Origin: Clostridiales bacterium | GTDB taxonomy: Bacteria; Bacillota; Clostridia; Christensenellales; UBA1242 | Assembly: GCA_015055665.1 (NCBI GenBank) | Contig: SVHX01000001.1 | Coordinates: 67,873 to 131,872 of the forward strand | Length of the DNA: 64,000 nucleotides | Direction of reading: 5' to 3' | Shown here: piece after piece, positions 44,612-54,111 of the stretch | How positions within the stretch are numbered: the first letter of the stretch is position 1 | Layout: the number at the start of each line of letters is the position of its first letter | Made by a program: the position numbers and the translations under genes | The notes under the pieces: generated by a model | Database searches by the model: none | Told to the model about the DNA's origin: nothing | What the model saw: only the letters and a program-made list of their open reading frames with translations

Positions 44612-44959
44612 TTATTGTCTATCTTGATTAATCTTCTCGAGAGTTTCGTCAATCTTTCTTCCATAATCATACGAATCATCTAGAAAGAAAGTTAGGAAAG
44701 GAACTTTCCTAAGGTCAACCCTACTAGCAAGCTCACGTCTTATGAATCCTGCAGAGTGCTTAATGGCGTTGATAACATCATCTCTAGTAGATTCTTCGAA
44801 TACAGATATATATATCTTAGATTGATCAAGATCTTGAGTTGTATCTACCTTAGTTACCGTAATAAGCCCTTTAATTGCAGGATGCTTAAGTTCGGTAGCA
44901 ATAATATCACTAATAGCCTTCTGAATTTCGCTATTAACTCTCAATATTCTCTCGCTCAT
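44612..44959 (-). CDS. rbfA: ribosome-binding factor A
   Basis: Contains RVNSEIQKAISDII..ITVTKVDTTQDL. Confidence 0.92.
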   Translation of the reverse strand: MSERILRVNSEIQKAISDIIATELKHPAIKGLITVTKVDTTQDLDQSKIYISVFEESTRDDVINAIKHSAGFIRRELASRVDLRKVPFLTFFLDDSYDYGRKIDETLEKINQDRQ

Positions 44960-44969
44960 AAATAAACTC

Positions 44970-47429
44970 CTATACTTGTTTTAATTCGTACGCCTCTAAG
45001 ATATCTCCAACCTCAATATCATTAAAGTTCTTAAGTTTAATACCGCACTCGTAACCCATCTTAGCAGACTTAACCTGATCCTTTTCGTGTTGAAGAGTAT
45101 CAATAGCAGTATCGATAACAAGCTCGCCTTTACGCATAACTCTAATCTTGCTATCTCTATTAACCACACCATCTGTAACATAAGATCCAGCGATATTACC
45201 AATGCTACTAATCTTGAATATCTGTCTAACCTCAACATGACCAGTAACAACTTCCTCATATTTAGGAGCTTGCATACCATTAATCTTAGCAGTTATATCA
45301 TCAACAGCGTCATAGATAACTTTGTATAGAGATACCTCAACCTTATCACGTTCAGCAAGTTGCTTAGCCTTGGCTTCAGGTTTAACATTAAATCCAATTA
45401 ATATAGCCTTACTAGCATTAGCAAGGATAACATCACTTTCGTTAATTCCACCAACACCAGAGTGAATAACCTGCACCTTGGCCTCTTCGTTACAAATTTT
45501 CTCCAAAGTAGACTTAAGAGCTTCGCACGATCCCTTAACGTCTGCTTTGATTATAACTTTAAGAACCTTAATTTCGCTATCTGCAGATTGTTGCAAGAAG
45601 TCTTCAAATACAACACCGTTGCCTTGCTCAATCTTCTCAGCCTGTAGTCTGCTATTACGCTCATCAATGATATTCTTAGCCATCTTCTCGTTAACAACAT
45701 ATACCATGTCGCCAGCATCAGGAACTATGTTAAATCCAAGAACAGATACCGGCATACTAGGAGGTGCAACCTTAACACTATTACCCTTGTAATCCATCAT
45801 AGCTCTAATTCTACCAGAGGCAACTCCACACACAACAAAGTCGCCTATCTTAAGAGTTCCGTTCTTGATAAGAATTGTAGCCATTATACCTCTACCCTTA
45901 TCAACCTTACTCTCAATAATAGTACCACTTGCGTCTTGGTTGCTATCGCACTTAAGTTCTTGCATCTCAGCAACAAGTAGTATTGACTCAAGCAATCCAT
46001 CAATGTTCATATTGTTCTTAGCCGAGATAGGTACACAGATTACATCTCCGCCCCACTCCTCAGGAAGAACGTCGTATTCGGTTAATTGTTGTTTAACTCT
46101 ATCGATATTAGCTTCTGGCTTGTCAATCTTATTAATTGCAACAATCATTGGAACGCCAGCAGATTTAATATGGTTAATTGCCTCAACTGTTTGTGGCATT
46201 ATACCATCATCAGCAGCAACCACTAGAACAGCAATATCAGTAAGCTTAGCACCACGTGCTCTAATTGCGGTGAACGCAGCATGTCCTGGGGTATCAATAA
46301 ATGTAATTGATTGTCCCTTGCAATCAACAGTATAAGCACCGATATGCTGAGTAATACCACCAGCCTCACCACCAGTAACATTAGTATTTCTGATAGCATC
46401 AAGTAGAGATGTCTTACCATGGTCAACGTGACCCATAACAGTAACAACTGGAGGTCTTGCTTCAGAATTGTTAGATTGATTATCGAACATTTCCTTCAAT
46501 TTTTCTTCGTAATTCTTAGATATATTTTGCTCCAAAGTAACACCAAATTCTTGTGCAACTAATTCTGCCGTTGCATAATCAATTACACTATTGATATTAG
46601 GCATCATACCAAGCATCATAAATTTCTTAATAATATCTACAGCAGGTTTACCAATCTTCTCAGATAATATCTTAACTGTTAGATTCTCGGTATCGATTAC
46701 AGCTTTCTCTATAACAATCTTCTCTGGAACAGCTTGAACTTTAGGCTTCTTAGTATTCTTAGTTCTTACTCTGCCTAATCTTTCCTCGCCATCCATATAA
46801 TTGTCATCAATATCAATATAGCCCATCTTAATCTTGGCTTTCTTGCTAAGCTCCTTCTTCTCACTATCAAAGGTCTTAGTTTTATTCTTGTTACCAAAAT
46901 TTCTTTCTGGCTTATTGACAATGGTGTCTGCTACCTCGTGCTTAACAACTTTAGGCTTAAATCCATTGTTATCTCTTGGAACGAAATTAGTTTTCTTGTC
47001 AAATGCAGGCTTGTTACGCTCATCTTTAGAATTATCTTTATCGCGACCTTGATAAGATTGACGATCATTTCGTGGTGGTCTAGCATCCTTTTGAGGAACT
47101 TTGCTAAACTTAATTTCGCTAGTTTTATTATCATTACGATTAAGCTTATCGGTGTTTGAAGAAGGTCTAGGAGCTGCTTGACTAGGAGCTTCACTCCTAA
47201 CTGCCACTTTCTCTTCAACAGATTCCTTCTTAGGCTCTACATTAACTACAGTTTGCTTCTTTAGGGAATTTTCATGATTTTTTAAGTTCTTGCAAAAAAC
47301 ATCCAAAGCCGCACGTGACTTTGCGATATTAGCAACTATCTGACTAAGTTCATTTCCACCCAAAATAGCATTAAGCTTCTTTAAGTTCTCAAACGAAACT
47401 GCTTTCTTATTTTCTACTTGTTTATCCAA
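44970..47429 (-). CDS. infB: translation initiation factor IF-2
   Basis: G domain (VVTVMGHVDHGKTSLLD, DTPGH, NKID) and a Lys/Asn-rich N-terminal region. 819 aa. Confidence 0.97.
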   Translation of the reverse strand: MDKQVENKKAVSFENLKKLNAILGGNELSQIVANIAKSRAALDVFCKNLKNHENSLKKQTVVNVEPKKESVEEKVAVRSEAPSQAAPRPSSNTDKLNRNDNKTSEIKFSKVPQKDARPPRNDRQSYQGRDKDNSKDERNKPAFDKKTNFVPRDNNGFKPKVVKHEVADTIVNKPERNFGNKNKTKTFDSEKKELSKKAKIKMGYIDIDDNYMDGEERLGRVRTKNTKKPKVQAVPEKIVIEKAVIDTENLTVKILSEKIGKPAVDIIKKFMMLGMMPNINSVIDYATAELVAQEFGVTLEQNISKNYEEKLKEMFDNQSNNSEARPPVVTVMGHVDHGKTSLLDAIRNTNVTGGEAGGITQHIGAYTVDCKGQSITFIDTPGHAAFTAIRARGAKLTDIAVLVVAADDGIMPQTVEAINHIKSAGVPMIVAINKIDKPEANIDRVKQQLTEYDVLPEEWGGDVICVPISAKNNMNIDGLLESILLVAEMQELKCDSNQDASGTIIESKVDKGRGIMATILIKNGTLKIGDFVVCGVASGRIRAMMDYKGNSVKVAPPSMPVSVLGFNIVPDAGDMVYVVNEKMAKNIIDERNSRLQAEKIEQGNGVVFEDFLQQSADSEIKVLKVIIKADVKGSCEALKSTLEKICNEEAKVQVIHSGVGGINESDVILANASKAILIGFNVKPEAKAKQLAERDKVEVSLYKVIYDAVDDITAKINGMQAPKYEEVVTGHVEVRQIFKISSIGNIAGSYVTDGVVNRDSKIRVMRKGELVIDTAIDTLQHEKDQVKSAKMGYECGIKLKNFNDIEVGDILEAYELKQV

Positions 47430-47455
47430 ATCATTACCTCTTACAAAAATCGATA

Positions 47456-47758
47456 TTATTTCCCATTATCCAATTCATTTAATATTGCACTAACCAAATT
47501 CTCATCTAGCAAACCTATAACCTTGCAATTATCTCGCCCTATGATGTCTGCAAGCTTAACATCCTTAAATGTAATTAATCTAATATTTAGATTCTCACAG
47601 TAACGGGCAACCTTGGTTGCAACCTTATTACTCTGAGAACTACACATTATAACACACTTAGGATACTTCTTGGAAGACATCAAATTATCATAACCAAATA
47701 TAATCTTACCACTCTTAATTGAGAAAGATAAATATGTCTTAATCTTGTTGTAATCCAA
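47456..47758 (-). CDS. ylxQ: L7Ae-family RNA-binding protein YlxQ
   Basis: 100 aa. Its position between ylxR and infB fits, and it has the KSGKIIFG motif. Confidence 0.8.
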   Translation of the reverse strand: MDYNKIKTYLSFSIKSGKIIFGYDNLMSSKKYPKCVIMCSSQSNKVATKVARYCENLNIRLITFKDVKLADIIGRDNCKVIGLLDENLVSAILNELDNGK

Positions 47759-48008
47759 CCAACTTCTCCTTCAGATCATCATAAACTTCTTGAGGAATAT
47801 TACATTTAAATACCTTATTGAGTACTCTTTGCTTAATCAGCAAATTCATACACTCGATAGAATTACATACGTAACTACCTCTGCCATTGAGTTTGCCAGT
47901 CTTATCAACAACGAATCCTTCGTCAGTCTTAACAATTCTAACAAGGCTCTTCTTGTCCTTAGACTCTCTGCAAACTATACACATCCTCTGTGGAATTTTC
48001 TTATCCAT
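47739..48008 (-). CDS. ylxR: YlxR family (DUF448) RNA-binding protein
   Basis: Contains PQRMCIVCRESKDKKSLVRIV..GRGSYVC. Confidence 0.88.
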   Translation of the reverse strand: MDKKIPQRMCIVCRESKDKKSLVRIVKTDEGFVVDKTGKLNGRGSYVCNSIECMNLLIKQRVLNKVFKCNIPQEVYDDLKEKLVGLQQD

Positions 48009-48017
48009 TAATACTCC

Positions 48018-49142
48018 TTAGTTAAAGTCGTCAAATGCATCTTCGCCATCAAATAAATCATCAAAGTTATCGTCATCCTTGTTGTCATCTAGGTTAAGAG
48101 ATGGCACAGCACTCTTTGCTTTAACATCTATCTTCCAACCAGTAAGTCTAGCAGCAAGTCTAACGTTTTGTCCAGATTTGCCAATTGCAAGACTAAGTTT
48201 GTCATCAGGAACGACTGCTAGAGATGTCTTATCTTCTGGATTAGTATGGATATACAATACAGTTGCAGGACTAAGAGCGCTTACAATATATTCGCCAGCG
48301 TCTTCAGAATATGGAACTATATCAATCTTCTCGCCATTAAGTTCGTTAACAATATTATTAACACGCATACCCTTATTACCAACACAAGCACCTATGCAAT
48401 CCAAAGTCTGATTGCTACTATATACAGACATCTTGGTACGATATCCAGGCTCTCTTACAATATTCTTAATAACTATCTCACCAGATGCAATCTCAGGTAC
48501 TTCTAGCTCAAATAGTTTACGAACGAAACTAGCACTGCTTCTTGACAACTGAACATAAGGCGAATTAAATCCTTCCTTAACAGCTCTTACAACAACTTTG
48601 ATTCTATCGTTAATCTTATATTTCTCGCCAGGAATCTGATCCTTAAGGGCAAGGATTCCATCTACTTGAGTAATTCCAAGGTCAACATATACGTTGTCAC
48701 CTTCAATTCTTCTAACAATACCAGTAACAAGCTCATCTTGTTTGGTATATACTTCATCCATTACTTTGCTACGCTCAGCCTCTCTAAGTCTTTGCATAAC
48801 GACTTGTTTAGCAGTCTGTGCAGCAATACGACCAAAGTTCTTTGGAGTTTCCTCTTGCTGAACTGTATCTCCAACCTTGTAGCTCTTCTTAATTAATCTA
48901 GCCTCTGCTAAACTAATCTCCTTATCTCCATCTACAACTTCCTCAACTACTGTCTTATAAGAGTAGATCTTAATTGTGTTCTTCTCGGGATTTAATTTAA
49001 CATAAGCAGACTTAGCTTCACCAAAGTTCTTCTTATACGCACTAGTAAGTGCAGACTCAAGCGACTCTATAAAATAAGCACTATCAATACCTCTCTGCTC
49101 CTCTAAATCTAATAAAGCCTGAAAAAAATCCTTATTAACCAT
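48018..49142 (-). CDS. nusA: transcription termination/antitermination factor NusA
   Basis: N-terminal domain, S1 domain and two KH domains (GACVGNKGMRV, AIGKSGQNVRLA), plus an acidic C-terminal tail. Confidence 0.96.
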   Translation of the reverse strand: MVNKDFFQALLDLEEQRGIDSAYFIESLESALTSAYKKNFGEAKSAYVKLNPEKNTIKIYSYKTVVEEVVDGDKEISLAEARLIKKSYKVGDTVQQEETPKNFGRIAAQTAKQVVMQRLREAERSKVMDEVYTKQDELVTGIVRRIEGDNVYVDLGITQVDGILALKDQIPGEKYKINDRIKVVVRAVKEGFNSPYVQLSRSSASFVRKLFELEVPEIASGEIVIKNIVREPGYRTKMSVYSSNQTLDCIGACVGNKGMRVNNIVNELNGEKIDIVPYSEDAGEYIVSALSPATVLYIHTNPEDKTSLAVVPDDKLSLAIGKSGQNVRLAARLTGWKIDVKAKSAVPSLNLDDNKDDDNFDDLFDGEDAFDDFN

Positions 49143-49151
49143 ATGTTCCTC

Positions 49152-49613
49152 CTAAAAATCTAAATGCATACAAATAGATGCTATTTTCTTTCGTTCGATA
49201 TTAATCTCAATATCATTGTCAAGTACAGTAATAGTATCAGAATCAAAACCAAGTAAAGTGGCAGTAATTAACTTCTTGCCGTTAAATGGTGCATAAAATT
49301 TAACATCAACTAGTACACCAATATGCTTGTTAAAATCATAGTCATTTTTGAATTGTCTATCAAGACCATATGATGATACGTTAAAATTATAAGGAGCACC
49401 ACTTGTAACATCATTAATATCAAGCGGTTCGTCAAGTGCTCTTGATACCCTCTCGCAATCGTTAATATTAACACCGCCTTGCTTGTCAATAATTAGCTCA
49501 AGTACATTACCCGAGTAGTCCTTGCGGTATTCCAAGTCTACGAAAACATACCCTAGTTCTTCAACAACCGGCCTAATAATTGCCTCAGCCTTATCTACGA
49601 TTCTCTCTGCCAT
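49152..49613 (-). CDS. rimP: ribosome maturation factor RimP
   Basis: 153 aa with ..VEELGYVFVDLEY.. Positioned upstream of nusA. Confidence 0.9.
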   Translation of the reverse strand: MAERIVDKAEAIIRPVVEELGYVFVDLEYRKDYSGNVLELIIDKQGGVNINDCERVSRALDEPLDINDVTSGAPYNFNVSSYGLDRQFKNDYDFNKHIGVLVDVKFYAPFNGKKLITATLLGFDSDTITVLDNDIEINIERKKIASICMHLDF

Positions 49614-49629
49614 AATTCCTCACTATAAC

Positions 49630-49667
49630 TATACAAAACTAAGAGTGAACTAATTATAGTCCACTCT
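49630..49667 (-). promoter_or_regulatory. leader hairpin plus U-rich tract upstream of rimP (candidate attenuator)
   Basis: AGAGTGGAC-8 nt-GTTCACTCT followed by TAGTTTTGT on the minus strand, between the promoter and the rimP SD. Confidence 0.35.
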
Positions 49668-49689
49668 ATCATATTTAGTATTACTATTA

Positions 49690-49718
49690 TATAATACCAC
49701 ACCAAGTATCATAAATCA
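49690..49718 (-). promoter_or_regulatory. sigma-A-type promoter of the rimP-nusA-infB operon
   Basis: TTGATT-17 nt-TATTAT on the minus strand. Confidence 0.45.
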
Positions 49719-49745
49719 AGGCTTTTTTTAATAAAAAACTTAATT

Positions 49746-51323
49746 TTATGTTATATTTGGGCTTAATTTAATAACAACTTCGGCAGTAGCCATTGCATCA
49801 TGAACAGCTCTATGGGCATTTTCGAGCGAAATTCCGAGAGCTTTACACGCTGAAGTTAGGTTAAATTTCTTTAGCCCTGGGATAAACATCCTTGACAAAT
49901 ACAAGACGTCAATCTGCTCATTATCAAAGACATACCCCATCTTCTGACCAGCGATACTTAGGAACTTATAGTCAAAATCAATATTATAAGCCATAATTGT
50001 GCAACCATAGCAGAACTTATAGAAGTCTGGTAATACTTGCTTAATATTAGGAGCATTGGCAACCATTTCGTCATTAATTCCAGTTATGCCTGTAATCTCA
50101 TCTGGAATAGAAGTGCTTGGCTTAATAAGGGTTTCAAATGTTTCTGTAATTCTTCCACCACTTACCTTAACTGCACCAATCTCAATAATTTCACATCTAG
50201 ATGCCTCAATACCTGTTGTCTCAAAGTCAAACACAACAACATCATGATCAAGTAGATATTGCCCAATTTCCTGTTTCTCAGCGAACAAATTATCCTGAAA
50301 CACATCAACGTGCTTTTCTGGCTTAATAGTGATATATTCGGCGTTAGGCTCTTTAATAATTGCCACACTCTCAACTTTTTCTTCCTCAACAAGAACTTCT
50401 GCAAAGGCAATAGATTTTACCTTAAAGTTAACTCTTCCGCCAAATTCTTCAACATCACCGGCTACAATAACGTTCTTCTCCTCCCCGTTATTAATTGCTT
50501 CCATCAAGACCTCAGCCTTAGATATATCAGCTTTATTAGGAAAATAAACACAATTCATCCTACCAGTCTTGCCTTGTACAACAAAGCTAAAGTATCTTCG
50601 GATAACGGCGTTGCCTTCTTTGTCTTTTCTCTTGCTTTCAAAGGACTTTTCGTTTAAAAATTTCATAGTCCCCGCAATTTCAATATTTTCCATTACACCC
50701 TTAATGCAAGCAATATGGATTGGATATCCTTTGACCTCGCCAACAAATTGCTCTATCTGACCAACCTTGTGATATTTGTATTGTTCGCCAGCATCAGATG
50801 ACAAATCTATATTAATTACAGGAACAACCTCGTCTTCAATTTTTAGTTTCTTAGAATTCTCATCAACAACTAGGTTAAGGACGAAATCTTCAAAAAAGAA
50901 CGAATTAGCATAATCAATAATTTCGCGATCAATAGAGTTAGAGAGTATGTGCTCTCTTTGAAATTCGGTGCATTTCATATTGACAACTATTGAGTTATCT
51001 ATCTCAACATTAATATCTTTTTTGCTAAAATTAACCTCTAGACTACTATAATTTCGCACAACAAAGTTAAATATAACATCTCTAACCAAATCAGAATCTA
51101 CATATGCCTTCTTACACTTAACCACAATAGCAATATCTTCAGCCAAATAATCCCTTATTAACTTAGTTAGTTCGTCTTTAGCATTGTCACCCAGCTCATC
51201 TTTGTATAAGAACTTAAATGTAGCCTCAATTTTAGTTTCGTCAAAAATAACACTTACAAGTTTGTAATCCTTGTAAGCGTTATTAGTCTTTTCGTTAATA
51301 AAATCTAGTAACTTCATACTCAA
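49746..51323 (-). CDS. PolC-like N-terminal region + OB-like segment + DEDDh 3'-5' exonuclease; no PHP or polymerase domains
   Basis: C-terminal DnaQ motifs are intact: VVFDFETTG, MAYNIDFDYKFL, HRAVHDAMATAEV. The middle segment (..IEIAGTMKFLNEKSFESKRKDKEGNAVIRRYFSFVVQGKTGRMNCVYF..VIVAGDVEEFGGRVNFKV) resembles the PolC OB insert. It occupies the polC slot between rseP and rimP. Confidence 0.7.
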   Translation of the reverse strand: MSMKLLDFINEKTNNAYKDYKLVSVIFDETKIEATFKFLYKDELGDNAKDELTKLIRDYLAEDIAIVVKCKKAYVDSDLVRDVIFNFVVRNYSSLEVNFSKKDINVEIDNSIVVNMKCTEFQREHILSNSIDREIIDYANSFFFEDFVLNLVVDENSKKLKIEDEVVPVINIDLSSDAGEQYKYHKVGQIEQFVGEVKGYPIHIACIKGVMENIEIAGTMKFLNEKSFESKRKDKEGNAVIRRYFSFVVQGKTGRMNCVYFPNKADISKAEVLMEAINNGEEKNVIVAGDVEEFGGRVNFKVKSIAFAEVLVEEEKVESVAIIKEPNAEYITIKPEKHVDVFQDNLFAEKQEIGQYLLDHDVVVFDFETTGIEASRCEIIEIGAVKVSGGRITETFETLIKPSTSIPDEITGITGINDEMVANAPNIKQVLPDFYKFCYGCTIMAYNIDFDYKFLSIAGQKMGYVFDNEQIDVLYLSRMFIPGLKKFNLTSACKALGISLENAHRAVHDAMATAEVVIKLSPNIT

Positions 51324-51332
51324 CCTTTTTCA

Positions 51333-52406
51333 TTAGAATAAGAATATATGCAATAAGTCAATAAATATGACAAATCCAAATAACACCATAAGACCTATGC
51401 TATGAATTTGTGCCTCGACTTCTCTTGGAACAGGTTTGCGGAATATCCACTCAATTAGTACAAAGACCATCCTTGCTCCGTCTAAAGCTGGTATTGGCAA
51501 CAAGTTAAATACTGCCAAGTTAACAGCTAATAGCGGGAACAATAGGAGTAGGTTCTTCATACTATTCTGAGTAGTAACAACTATTGTCTGAACTGTAGTA
51601 ATAGGACCGCCGACATTTTCAAGACCTAATTGTCCAGTAAGTAATTTGCCAATAACAGCAAGACACTCCCAAGCCATATTAAATGTATATGGTACGCTAT
51701 GCAGAACTGCTTTGCCAAAGGACATAGGAACATATTTAGTGGTGATACCGATTAATGTGTTCTTAACAATCTTGTTACCATCAGCATCTAACTTAAAGTC
51801 CTCACCTTCCATTTCGTATTCATTATACTTCTTAACTGGCACTTTAATCATTTCGCCATCACGCTCAATGGTAAGGATTATCTCCTCTCCTACTTCTTTG
51901 TCAGCCATAAGGCCTACAATACCACCATTTAAGAAAGTTGGATCTTTGCCATCAACCTCATGAATAATATCCCCGTTATGCAATACTTCGATATTAACAC
52001 TGTTGTCCTCAATTTTGTCTATCTTACAGATACCAGAACCAACTGAAGAAAGAAGAATAATAACAAAGAATATGCCAGAAACGAAATTAAAGAACGCTCC
52101 ACAGAACAAGACAATCAATCTCTTCCAACAAGCATAAGAGTTAAAAGTTCCAGTCTTGTCTGTAGCCTCGTCCTCTTCATCCTCATCTTCTCCCTTGAAA
52201 GCACAGAATCCACCAAGAGGAATCCACCTTACAGAGAATTTCTCCCCACTCTTCAAAGTTTTGGAAAATATCGGAGGGCCAAAGCCAATCGAAAATTCTT
52301 CTATCTCAAATTTAAGGATTTTGCCAGCAATATAATGACCAGCCTCATGAATCATTATCATTAGCATAAGAACAACAACTGCCAGCAAAATATAAAGTAC
52401 AACCAT
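51333..52406 (-). CDS. rseP: RIP metalloprotease RseP (M50 site-2 protease)
   Basis: HEAGHY motif, a PDZ segment and the LAVFNLLPIPALDG motif. Confidence 0.93.
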   Translation of the reverse strand: MVVLYILLAVVVLMLMIMIHEAGHYIAGKILKFEIEEFSIGFGPPIFSKTLKSGEKFSVRWIPLGGFCAFKGEDEDEEDEATDKTGTFNSYACWKRLIVLFCGAFFNFVSGIFFVIILLSSVGSGICKIDKIEDNSVNIEVLHNGDIIHEVDGKDPTFLNGGIVGLMADKEVGEEIILTIERDGEMIKVPVKKYNEYEMEGEDFKLDADGNKIVKNTLIGITTKYVPMSFGKAVLHSVPYTFNMAWECLAVIGKLLTGQLGLENVGGPITTVQTIVVTTQNSMKNLLLLFPLLAVNLAVFNLLPIPALDGARMVFVLIEWIFRKPVPREVEAQIHSIGLMVLFGFVIFIDLLHIFLF

Positions 52407-52417
52407 TTTTCACTCCA

Positions 52418-53368
52418 TTATAATACAATAAACATAACTATCAACACAGCGACTGCATTAAAGATCAATGCATCAACTCTATCCATAACACCGCCGTGTC
52501 CAGGGAAAATTGTGCCATAATCTTTGACTCTTGCACTACGCTTAAGAGCACTTGCAACAATATCTCCTATCTGACCAATAACAGATACAATTAGTCCAAT
52601 TATAAGTATCTTCCACCAAGATATTTCTAGATACTCCATCATCTCTTTGAATACTTTATTCGCACCAAAGATCCAATATGTCACTAGTCCACCAAAAGCT
52701 CCAAAAGTTAGACCGCCAACAGCACCACTAATAGTCTTATTTGGACTAATCAATGGGCAAAGTTTAGGTCCTTTGAAATATGAACCAACAACATACGCCA
52801 TACTATCTGTAACCATAGTAACAACATAAGTGTATACTAGGAAAAATACTACAATTAAGTTAGTATCGGCAAGACCAGTTTTATCAACAAAAGCAAAGTC
52901 ATAGAAGTGGTTAATTACAAACAAAGCAGTAAATAATAACGCAGGATATATCATAACAAATGCAGAATTAAGACACTTAGTTGCTGCAAACTTGGTAACA
53001 GACATATCGCTAACACTGTATTTATTCATCTCTTTAAGCGTAATCTTACGGAAAATCACAGTATATAGGAAATTAATAAGTGCTAGAGCAAGCAATGCAA
53101 TTAGGAAATATGCAATATAATGAGTCCAGCCCCTCTCATTAATTATACCTATCGACATAGCCACATAAAGTACTGCTGGGAAACATCCTATAAAAATAAT
53201 ATTAGTATATATTTTCTTTCTCTCTAATACCCTTGACACTTCCACACAACCCATTACCGCTATTACGCCAACAAAGACGTCAAATGCGTATGGTGTGAAT
53301 CTAGTAGTAAAGAGAAACAATGCAGTAACAAGCAAAATAATGCTACCGGTAATCAATCTTTTCTTCAT
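52418..53368 (-). CDS. cdsA: phosphatidate cytidylyltransferase
   Basis: Polytopic membrane protein with the C-terminal signature KRSARVKDYGTIFPGHGGVMDRVDALIF. Confidence 0.92.
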   Translation of the reverse strand: MKKRLITGSIILLVTALFLFTTRFTPYAFDVFVGVIAVMGCVEVSRVLERKKIYTNIIFIGCFPAVLYVAMSIGIINERGWTHYIAYFLIALLALALINFLYTVIFRKITLKEMNKYSVSDMSVTKFAATKCLNSAFVMIYPALLFTALFVINHFYDFAFVDKTGLADTNLIVVFFLVYTYVVTMVTDSMAYVVGSYFKGPKLCPLISPNKTISGAVGGLTFGAFGGLVTYWIFGANKVFKEMMEYLEISWWKILIIGLIVSVIGQIGDIVASALKRSARVKDYGTIFPGHGGVMDRVDALIFNAVAVLIVMFIVL

Positions 53369-53379
53369 TAGTCTAGTCC

Positions 53380-53949
53380 TTATACTTCCATAATTTCTTT
53401 TTCTTTAGTAGATGTTATCTTGTCTATAGAGGCAACTGCGTCATCAAGATATTTCTGGACATCTTTCTCTAGAGATGCCATCTCATCTTCAGTAACCGTG
53501 CTATCTTTCTTCATCTTCTTAAATACATCAAGAACATCTCTTCTTGCATTACGGCAAGTTACCTTGGCAGACTCGGTATACTTGTTAATATCTTTGACAA
53601 GCTCCTTTCTACGCTCCTCAGTAAGTTGAGGGAATACAAGTCTAATAACCTTACCATCATCACTTGGATTAAGACCAAGGTTAGCCGCCTCAATTGCTTT
53701 GGCAACTGTCTTGAGCATAGATATATCCCACAAAGACACAAGAATCATCCTAGCCTCAGGAACAGATATAGTTGCCATTTGACTAATTGGAGTCATAGTA
53801 CCATAGTAATCTACCATAATTCTTTCGATAATCTTAGGATTAGCTCGACCTGCTCTTATTTGAAGCAGTTCGTTGCTATGATGCTCTACAGCCTTATTAA
53901 GATCACTCTTAAATTCATCAAGATACATTTCAATTTCTTCTGTATACAT
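53380..53949 (-). CDS. frr: ribosome recycling factor
   Basis: Contains LLQIRAGRANPKIIERIMVDYYG..LGLNPSDDGKVIRLVFPQLTEERR. Confidence 0.95.
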   Translation of the reverse strand: MYTEEIEMYLDEFKSDLNKAVEHHSNELLQIRAGRANPKIIERIMVDYYGTMTPISQMATISVPEARMILVSLWDISMLKTVAKAIEAANLGLNPSDDGKVIRLVFPQLTEERRKELVKDINKYTESAKVTCRNARRDVLDVFKKMKKDSTVTEDEMASLEKDVQKYLDDAVASIDKITSTKEKEIMEV

Positions 53950-54111
53950 AAAAAATAAAACCTTCCTAAATAAAAATTCTAATTAATTGTACTACAAAAA
54001 CACCCCTATCACCAAACAAAATACCCGACTTAGTCAAATAATTATTGCAAAAATATCTATATTGATTGATATTTCGCATAATAATCTGAGCTGTCGGGTA
54101 AATTCTTTAAA

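Noticed and set aside
53950-54111. Possible mobile-element boundaries (inverted or direct repeats, integrase, tRNA) flanking the collagen/ABC insert and the paralog array.
   Set aside because: There is no transposase, integrase or tRNA anywhere in the window. I saw only a 7-bp inverted repeat (ACCCGAC/GTCGGGT), which is too short to be meaningful. The insertion mechanism is left open rather than called a mobile element.
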